Part shown: positions 1 to 6,591 of the stretch, piece after piece
Layout of the letters: each line of letters begins with the position of its first letter
Numbering within the stretch: the first letter of the stretch is position 1
Assembly (NCBI GenBank): GCA_008369845.1
Contig: MRSU01001247.1
Span: 1 to 39,870, forward strand
Reading direction: 5' to 3'
From: Trichomonas gallinae
Lineage: Eukaryota
Length of the DNA: 39,870 nt
Translations under genes and position numbers: made by a program
The notes under the pieces: generated by a model
Databases searched by the model: none
What the model was told of the DNA's origin: nothing
Seen by the model: only the letters and a program-made list of their open reading frames with translations

Positions 1-218
1 GGAAGAATCATTTTATCAATACATTTATCGAGAATTACAATGATAATGAATGCTTGTCGCGGTTCTAAATTATCTTGATTAATTAATTGCAGCAAATTCA
101 TCAGCATTTCCATTGTTCTCTCATTCAGATACTCATATAAAGCCTTTTGAGCATTATCTAATTGCTCAGATTGAGTTTGAACAAAAGCCGCGAAAATCAA
201 TTGTTTGAATTCTTCCAT
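1..218 (-). CDS. 5' part of a helical-repeat protein, importin-beta/HEAT N-terminus-like (runs off the window)
   Basis: Hand translation from ATG at 218: MEEFKQLIFAAFVQTQSEQLDNAQKALYEYLNERTMEMLMNLLQLINQDNLEPRQAFIIIVILDKCIDKMIL, open to the window edge. Not in the ORF track. The amphipathic helix pattern resembles importin-beta N-termini. Confidence 0.6.
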   Translation of the reverse strand, partial: MEEFKQLIFAAFVQTQSEQLDNAQKALYEYLNERTMEMLMNLLQLINQDNLEPRQAFIIIVILDKCIDKMIL

Positions 219-294
219 AAAATTGAAAATTTTACATTAAAAATATTACAAAACTGGAATGAAAATATAATAACATGAAAATTATTAGTAAAGG

Positions 295-787
295 ATAATG
301 TGTCATGTAAATCGAAAATGTCAAAATATTGTTTATTTACATGGCAAATATCATTTCTCAGATCATTTTTGGTAATTTTCATGGAGTTATCATCATAAAT
401 TAGACAATAGAAAGGATCCAAAGCATTATTGAGCTGAATATTAAATAGAAATGGATTAAAAATAAAAACATAAAGACCACATTCCGGAAATCAATTTATT
501 TTAATATGAAAATTATTAATGAAGGAAAATTTGTCGTGTAAATTATATGTGTCAAAAATATATTTACATGGCAAATGCTACTTTTCATCAAAGAATAGGG
601 ATTTTTTTAGAGCAATAATCACAAAAAAGACAATATAAAGGAAGCGACGCATCATTTAAGAATTGGATTCAAAAATATTTTATCTAATTTGCCATGTAAT
701 TTTCGATATCAAATTTTTACATGGCAAATGTCACTTTTAAAATGCTCCTTCGTAAATTAGACAAAATTCCACAGACAATAGAAAGGA
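295..787 (+). repeat. Three diverged tandem copies of a promoter/5'-end module upstream of and into the ING gene
   Basis: TGYCRTGTAA at 301, 532, 690; TTTACATGGCAAAT at 336, 563, 716; AGACAATA(G/T)AAAGGA at 402, 628, 773, the last inside the ING CDS. Confidence 0.75.
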
Positions 788-1356
788 GGCAAAGCGCCAT
801 TGCGAGAATGGAAAATAGGTGCGTGCAGGCGCGTGAAACTCTCTCAAAAACAGTCGACAACATTAACGTTATTCTTCCAAAAGCTAAAATTGCGGATGAA
901 CAAGCAATGACTTCCGCACGTTTGGAGTATGAAGCTCAAACAATTTTAGATTACAGCGCACAAAAAGTTGAAGCTGCAAGATCGTTAGTAGATCTTTTGG
1001 ATCAAGCGGAGCAGGAGATTCTAGCGGAAATAAAATTGATGGAGTCTTTCCTTGCAACTAAAAAGACATTTGATCAGAACCCTCTTGCTGATGATTACGT
1101 CGAAAAAATCAAAAGTCGATCCTACTCTTCGCAGGTTCAAGCTCCTGAAGAGGAGGACCATTATTGTATATGCAGATGTCATACGAATGGACAAATGGTC
1201 CAATGCGATAATCCGGACTGTCCATTTGAATGGTTCCACGTGGAATGCGTAGGAATTAGCAATAAGCCATCAAGCAACTGGCTCTGCCCATACTGTGCTC
1301 AACTCCTCAAGAAATCTACAACGGACGAAAACAAAATCGACCATACAATCTATTAA
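742..1356 (+). CDS. ING-family (inhibitor of growth) PHD-finger protein
   Basis: C-terminal YCICR...GQMVQCDNPDCPFEWFHVECVGI...WLCPYC is an ING-type PHD; N-terminal coiled coil. ATG 742 is preferred over 721 because Inr TCACT lies at 731-735. Confidence 0.9.
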   Translation: MLLRKLDKIPQTIERRQSAIARMENRCVQARETLSKTVDNINVILPKAKIADEQAMTSARLEYEAQTILDYSAQKVEAARSLVDLLDQAEQEILAEIKLMESFLATKKTFDQNPLADDYVEKIKSRSYSSQVQAPEEEDHYCICRCHTNGQMVQCDNPDCPFEWFHVECVGISNKPSSNWLCPYCAQLLKKSTTDENKIDHTIY

Positions 1357-1707
1357 TATTATTCACCGCATATTCTGTATTTTAGTGTAAAGAAAGTATA
1401 ATAATACTATGTTTAATACCTATCCTCCTATGTTTAATCGGATTTAATTCAAAAAATAAAAATATAAAATTAATTTTCTATGCAAATCATCATCAAAACT
1501 TAAAAAATATATAATATTTGTCGAAAACTATTCAAAAATATAATGATTTTTTAAAAAATATTTAATATTTGACGAAAAAATATTTTTATTTTGATTGCTT
1601 CATGTTATTTAGAAGGAATATATAGAATTTATAGAATAATTTGATGGATTATTTGTAATGTATAGAGTTAATTCGAAAAAAAAGTTTTAAATAAAAATAT
1701 ATATAAA

Positions 1708-3417
1708 CTACAGAAGACCGTCTTCGTCGATTTGTCTGAATGTCCTCTCTTGGCACTTTCTAAACACGTCAGAAACTATGCCAGTCATTTCATCAGCATT
1801 AACATTACCTAATTCACTAAATCTAGTTTTGATTTCTTCAACAGCTCCGCCGACGAAAGCGAAGAAGAGCTCCTTCGCCTTCCTCGTGGCCTCAGCGTTG
1901 CTCCTCTCCTTCTGGGCAGCGAGTTCGTCCTTCAGCTGGCTGACATTTGTTTCGAGTTTCGTCAAGTTTCTTTCCCTAAGATTCCTGAGCTCGTTCTTCA
2001 AGTCTTCGTTCTCTCTCCTCAAGTCCTTGTTACCTCTAAGCACTGTTCTGAGCTGCTCCAACTCGTTCTGGCTGCTGTCGAGCTCCTGTCTAAGCTTGAT
2101 TCCGCTCCTTGAGCCCTTTAATTCGGCGATCAATCTTTCTTGGTCTCTTATCTGCCTTTCTTTCCTTTCGAGGTCAGCCGCCATCTGCTGGATCTCATCG
2201 CATAATACTGCTGTAGGCATCTCCTGCTTCGCCGAAGCCATCAATTGGTCGAACTTTGATGTCAATAAAGCGTTTAACTGGTCCATTCTTGCGAGAACTT
2301 TGTCTTCGTCAACTGTTGCCGCGTTTACGACTTTTACAACTTCTTTAACAACTTGTGGCTGAGGATTTGAGCGTACTGAAGTGTCGGACACGTCAGTAGA
2401 TTCAGGTGTTGTGTTTGTAATTGTTGTGGTTGTTGTCGTTGTCGAGCTTCCGATATCTGATGTATCTGATTGATGGGAAACTGATGGAGTTATGCCTGGC
2501 ATGTAAACAGCACCGATACGCTTAAGCTTGTCTGAGAATGATTTCGGTGCAGGTTCTTCTTCCTTCGCTGGCGAAATTTGCTGTTGTTGAGTAACAGCTG
2601 GTTGAGTTACTTGGGGCTGAGCAGCTGGTTGTGGCTGTTGTTGTGCTTGAGGTTGCGGCTGAGTTGCTGGTTTATTAGATTTTGCAGATGTAATTGTAAT
2701 CAAAAATGTAAGAATTGAGTTGGCAGGAATGAGTCCATTGCCAACAGAATTTGATCCGTATGCGTATTCTGGAGGAATATAAAGGGCTCTCGTTCCGCCA
2801 ACATGCATTCCTGTTGCTCCCATTGTCCATCCCTTGATAGTCTTGTCACTGCCAACAGTGAATGTATAGTTGTCGTTGGCATCGAATTTCTTGCCTGTTG
2901 TCGGTAAGTTTCCGCCAAGCATTCCGATGTATGAGACTTGGACGACATCTCCAGACTCAACGATCTGTCCATTGCCGACAAGAGCATCGAAGGTTGCCAT
3001 CTGGCTGCCGTTCGTGTTCTCAAGAATGGCGCCTATTGTGATAACAAATCTTGCCGCACTTTCTGGATCAGCAAATCTAATTGTCCACTGGACACCGTTT
3101 GCATCTGTAACGTAGCCAAACAATTTATCGCGTAATATGAATTTCATTTGTGTGGTGACTTGGATTTGAAGATAAGGCTGATTTTGGTTTTGATAGATAA
3201 CAATATTATATGCTGGAGGAATTGGCTTGATAATAAGCATAAAATTGCCATAGTCAACGTTTTTTTGTTCTTGTACATTGTATTGATATAAATATATCTG
3301 CCCCATATATGGAAAAGCGGGCTGCTCGGGTGCTGCCTGTGAAACTTTTGGCTTATATTTAAATGACATGCTATCAATTGATCTTTCAGATCCAAAAAGA
3401 GCGTCAAGCGAACTCAT
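1708..3417 (-). CDS. FKBP-type peptidyl-prolyl isomerase with N-terminal PH/WH1-like region and C-terminal coiled coil (FKBP15/WAFL-like)
   Basis: FKBP core GDVVQVSYIGML...GKKFDA...IKGWTMGATGMHVGGTRALYIPPEYAYG...IPANSILTF; N-terminal 'D..G..WTIRF' motif; Q/P/T-rich linker; long coiled coil. Confidence 0.85.
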   Translation of the reverse strand: MSSLDALFGSERSIDSMSFKYKPKVSQAAPEQPAFPYMGQIYLYQYNVQEQKNVDYGNFMLIIKPIPPAYNIVIYQNQNQPYLQIQVTTQMKFILRDKLFGYVTDANGVQWTIRFADPESAARFVITIGAILENTNGSQMATFDALVGNGQIVESGDVVQVSYIGMLGGNLPTTGKKFDANDNYTFTVGSDKTIKGWTMGATGMHVGGTRALYIPPEYAYGSNSVGNGLIPANSILTFLITITSAKSNKPATQPQPQAQQQPQPAAQPQVTQPAVTQQQQISPAKEEEPAPKSFSDKLKRIGAVYMPGITPSVSHQSDTSDIGSSTTTTTTTITNTTPESTDVSDTSVRSNPQPQVVKEVVKVVNAATVDEDKVLARMDQLNALLTSKFDQLMASAKQEMPTAVLCDEIQQMAADLERKERQIRDQERLIAELKGSRSGIKLRQELDSSQNELEQLRTVLRGNKDLRRENEDLKNELRNLRERNLTKLETNVSQLKDELAAQKERSNAEATRKAKELFFAFVGGAVEEIKTRFSELGNVNADEMTGIVSDVFRKCQERTFRQIDEDGLL

Positions 3418-3547
3418 ATATTTTTTTTCTTTAGACCCTTTTTAAATATTTTAGACCCTTTATTTATATCCCCCTTTATTTTCATAACAGTCCCTTATAA
3501 CCTTATTAATTTCAATTGTTTACGGTATTGTTAGAAAAACTGACATT

Positions 3548-4199
3548 ATGATAATTACATTATTGAAATCTTTAGACACTTCTTATCAAATTTAAATATG
3601 TCATCAGCGAAATCATTAAGCATCATCCAAATGATGCTTCTGAATATGTTGTTGCGTATTATCGTGATAAAAAATCAGATTATTTTCGATTTGGAAAAGA
3701 TTATAACTCAGGACAAGATTCTCCATTAAACACTAGTATAGAATTTTATTTTCCGCATCATAAAGTAATTCCTACAGCATTTATATTTAAAACAAATGGC
3801 GATATATATCCAACTGAATGGACATTTTTAGGATCCTTAGATAATAAAATTTGGGCACAATTAATATATAAAAAAGAGCATATGTGCCCCAAGGAAATGC
3901 GTACATCTTGTACAGGTAGAGTAGGTCATTATAAAGACATTTGTGAAGTGCATGAATTTTCGTTTGACTTCACTAATAACCAGGCCTTTAAATATATTAA
4001 ATTCGTCATGATGCGGGCCTCTTATTATCTAGATGGATGGAAATATACCATCTTTACCAAAGGAATTGAAATTAGTGGTTCATTCACATCATATTTCGAT
4101 TCTCTCGATGGTATATATTTCCATGGAAAATGTGTGTATACTCTTTTCAACATTATCCCATTTATTTTATATGATGATCATCAATCAGCATCTGAATAA
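3548..4199 (+). pseudogene. Frameshifted F5/8 type C (discoidin)-like gene
   Basis: ATG 3548 reads MIITLLKSLDTSYQI*. A second frame is stop-free from about 3576 to 4199 (SIEFYFPHHKVIPTAF...YPTEWTFLGSLDNKIW...AFKYIKFVM). Removing one T from CAAATTTAAATAT (about 3590) joins the two into one ORF of about 216 aa. Confidence 0.65.
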
Positions 4200-4231
4200 A
4201 TAAAAATTATCTAGTATTAGATACTTAAAGT

Positions 4232-4546
4232 ATGCATGAAAATTATGAAGACATAGCAAGCAAAGATCATAACAATCGTAAGAGTTTTGAAAAGGAAATC
4301 AAAGCACGAAGCAAAGAATTGGCTTGAAAAGTCGAAGAAGGTCGTTATGAAGTTGTTAAACTCCTTCTCGCTATTTCAGAGATAGATGTAAACGCAAAAG
4401 ACAATGACAGACAGACAGCCAAAGACTTCGCTTCAGCTAACAATCATCAAAATATCGTTGAACTCTTTCTCGCAGTATCTGTAATGGAAGAATATGCAAT
4501 ACCCGTTTACAATACTGATAATGGTTGTGTATCTCATCCTTATTAA
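4232..4546 (+). pseudogene. Ankyrin-repeat gene fragment with an in-frame TGA
   Basis: ATG 4232 to TGA 4325; the same frame continues GRYEVVKLLLAISEIDVNAKDNDRQTAKDFASANNHQNIVELFL (ankyrin consensus) to TAA 4544-4546. Confidence 0.7.
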
Positions 4547-4585
4547 ATACTTTTTGGGAACAATAATTTGATGTTGGTTCGTATT

Positions 4586-4609
4586 TGACAAGTAAATATT
4601 TACATGACA
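4586..4609. promoter_or_regulatory. Inverted pair of the TTTACAYGWCA-type motif upstream of the 4645 gene
   Basis: TGACAAGTAAA 4586-4596 and TTTACATGACA 4599-4609, about 35 nt before the ATG. Confidence 0.5.
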
Positions 4610-4644
4610 AATAAATGAGGATTTATAATTTTTTATAAAATTTT

Positions 4645-5526
4645 ATGACGTTTTATGCTCAAATTTTATCAACCGAAAACTTTGAGCCCAGACCTTTAAG
4701 GCCTCAGACTTATTTTTTTGGTGCAAATGAAGCTGGTAATAAGCATACTACATATTTTCAAACAGAAGGTCCTGAACCAGATTTCACAACTCTCGCTCTT
4801 CGAGTTAGGAATGTGAAAGATAGCTCAGAAATATGCCTTAGGATTAGCGATGGCGATAATCACTCCAAAAGCATGATTGCATTAATCAAAATTCCAGTTG
4901 CTGCAATTCCGAAAAACAAAAAATGCACAAGAGTCTTCGAATTTTTTAATATCAGAATGTACAGTCAGCCCAAATTCGAGATGATACTTCATTATGATAC
5001 TAGGGGCTCAAGAAAGTTTGAATGCGATGAAGGCGAATTTAATGAAGAAATTTTCGAAGAATGCTACAAGAAACAGAAAGAAATCTACGAAAAGTCACGC
5101 GAAGAAGGTCTTAAAAGGATCCATGAACGTGATGTGGAAAAAATGAAAAGATTCAAGGAGAAATTATTAGCAAAAAAGCGTCAACTAGAAAAGAAACAAG
5201 AGAAAGAAAACGAAGATCAATTAGAAGAAGAAGATTTCTCAGATGATGAATGGGATGATGTGCCAACTGCAGAACTATGCCAAAATCACACGTTCCCACA
5301 ATTCAGACCACCTGATCAAACATTCGTAGTAGAAGAAATTAACTTACACACAATTGCACCTGAATTGAATTCATTAAGATCGAAATACGTACCTCCGCCA
5401 AATGTAACGTTTAGACCACCCACTAATTCACCCTTTTATGCACAACAACCAGCTCCTGTTTTTGCTCCTCCCTCAAATTTACCAACAACTTTGTTTTCAC
5501 AGCCCGTTAACACGGGAATCTATTAG
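4645..5526 (+). CDS. Hypothetical protein: C2-like beta-rich N-terminus, coiled coil, acidic and Pro-rich tail
   Basis: 293-aa ORF. 'EICLRISDGDNHSKSMIALIKIPVAAIP' resembles a C2-domain strand pattern; K/E-rich coil; the domain call is tentative. Confidence 0.7.
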   Translation: MTFYAQILSTENFEPRPLRPQTYFFGANEAGNKHTTYFQTEGPEPDFTTLALRVRNVKDSSEICLRISDGDNHSKSMIALIKIPVAAIPKNKKCTRVFEFFNIRMYSQPKFEMILHYDTRGSRKFECDEGEFNEEIFEECYKKQKEIYEKSREEGLKRIHERDVEKMKRFKEKLLAKKRQLEKKQEKENEDQLEEEDFSDDEWDDVPTAELCQNHTFPQFRPPDQTFVVEEINLHTIAPELNSLRSKYVPPPNVTFRPPTNSPFYAQQPAPVFAPPSNLPTTLFSQPVNTGIY

Positions 5527-5613
5527 TAAACATTATCATGCATCTATCCCTTTAATAACTCATTATTTCGATTTTTTTTTACATTAATGTCACTTTTTGT
5601 TCACTTTTTAATT

Positions 5614-5676
5614 TTTACGTGTCAGAAATATTTCTATATCTGACATGTAAAATAATCGATCTGACATAGTGTCAGA
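5614..5676. promoter_or_regulatory. Promoter-like TGACA motif cluster (two inverted repeats) upstream of the putative non-coding host gene
   Basis: TTTACGTGTCAGAAATA / TATATCTGACATGTAAA imperfect inverted repeat (5614-5651), then CTGACA-TAG-TGTCAG. It lies between convergent protein genes, so it has no coding gene to serve. Confidence 0.5.
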
Positions 5677-5762
5677 GATCCTTTTTCTAGCCAAACTAGA
5701 ATAATTTGAGACACATTTTCGGTTTGGTCTGACACTTTTTAAAAAAGTAACAAGAAAGAAGC

Positions 5763-5899
5763 GTATGTATCGATAAGTTCTTTGATTGATATTGCTATGG
5801 GGATCAAGATGAGTCTTGCTGTCTATTATGATAACAACGCACGTTTGCTGAGCAAATCAACAAAGAACAAAAAAAAAAATAAAATAAACTAACACACAG
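5763..5899 (+). other. Spliceosomal intron (137 nt) of the trichomonad long type
   Basis: 5' splice site GTATGT at 5763-5768 and the exact 12-nt fused branch point/3' splice site ACTAACACACAG at 5888-5899. Confidence 0.85.
5792..5855 (+). ncRNA. Candidate intronic box C/D snoRNA
   Basis: TTGC stem, degenerate box C ATGGGGA (5797-5803), 15-nt segment, D'-like CTGT (5819), C'-like ATGATAA (5828), 13-nt segment, box D CTGA (5848-5851), GCAA stem. An extended outer stem spans 5777-5795 / 5852-5868. Confidence 0.6.
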
Positions 5900-6005
5900 A
5901 GTTTTCAAACTTCTTAATTCTACTTAGAATTTATTACTTTAGCTCGAACCACCAGTCTCCTTTATTAAAAGAGTAAAATTTATTGAAAAAATACAAAACA
6001 TTTTT

Positions 6006-6548
6006 TTATTCATCTATTAGCCGCTCTAGTTCTTCATCATATTCTACCTTTTCTGGGACTTTAACATCGAAGTCTAATAATTCATCTATAAAATTTGGGA
6101 TAATGCTGCCAATATATTTGTCTATTTCGACCTTGGCTTCTTCTTTAGTCATTGTTGAAAGAGTTTTCATGATTAAAGAATATATAACTTGATTTTCAAT
6201 TCCATATGAATATAACAAGCCCCAAACTCTATGTGGGATATACTCCCAAAGTTTAGCAAGTCTTTTTTGCCATCCTTCCTTTGGATTTGGCTTTTGAAAA
6301 TTTCCAAAATTAATTTGTGGTGGAGATTTGATGACAATTTTCCTTTTTATACCTCCCTTTCTTTCCCTTCCATAAGCATATTCTACTTTTGATCGGCAAA
6401 TTGGACACGTTTCCCCATGAGTTGCAAACCAAACAGAAAGGCAATCGAAACAAACTTTGTGCTGGCATGGATCGATAAGAAGGATGTTGTCTTTCTTCAT
6501 CGTGCAAATCAAACAATGTCTTTTTTTGATTTTTGAATTTGATTCCAA
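6006..6548 (-). CDS. C3HC4 RING E3 ubiquitin ligase, TOPORS-like; apparent TTG start
   Basis: CLIC...PCQHKVCFDC...CPIC RING; the C-terminal 'IDKYIGSIIPNFIDELLDF' resembles the TOPORS-like helical domain. The first in-frame ATG (6500) is downstream of the first two zinc ligands. Confidence 0.75.
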   Translation of the reverse strand: MESNSKIKKRHCLICTMKKDNILLIDPCQHKVCFDCLSVWFATHGETCPICRSKVEYAYGRERKGGIKRKIVIKSPPQINFGNFQKPNPKEGWQKRLAKLWEYIPHRVWGLLYSYGIENQVIYSLIMKTLSTMTKEEAKVEIDKYIGSIIPNFIDELLDFDVKVPEKVEYDEELERLIDE

Positions 6549-6591
6549 AACTCAACGAAATTAAATGAGAAAATCAATAAATACAAACAGT

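Larger units (their letters stand above)
5730..5980 (+). ncRNA. Putative spliced non-coding snoRNA host transcript (ends approximate)
   Basis: Contains a canonical intron; no ATG in the predicted exons (5650-5762 or 5900-6000); M2-like AAAGTAAC at 5744-5751; TAAA at 5966 followed by TAAAATT, resembling trichomonad 3'-end signals. Confidence 0.5.

Noticed and set aside
197..421. 74-aa minus-strand ORF
   Set aside because: Lies in AT-rich promoter repeats with a non-ATG start; the real gene starts at 218 in another frame.
1778..2362. 194-aa + strand ORF, and similar antisense ORFs at 13746-14125, 15112-16989, 21257-21547 and 22371-23084
   Set aside because: S/L/F-rich shadows opposite K/E-rich or codon-biased genuine genes; no independent motifs.
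3432..3500. Repeated TTTAGACCCTTT/CCCTT words upstream of the FKBP gene
   Set aside because: A short local duplication; it resembles the CCTTT core motif but is too short to assign a function.
5660..5868. U3 snoRNA interpretation (AGAGATCCTTTTTCTAG resembles box A)
   Set aside because: No convincing box B/C pair inside the terminal stem, and the splice signals explain the region better.
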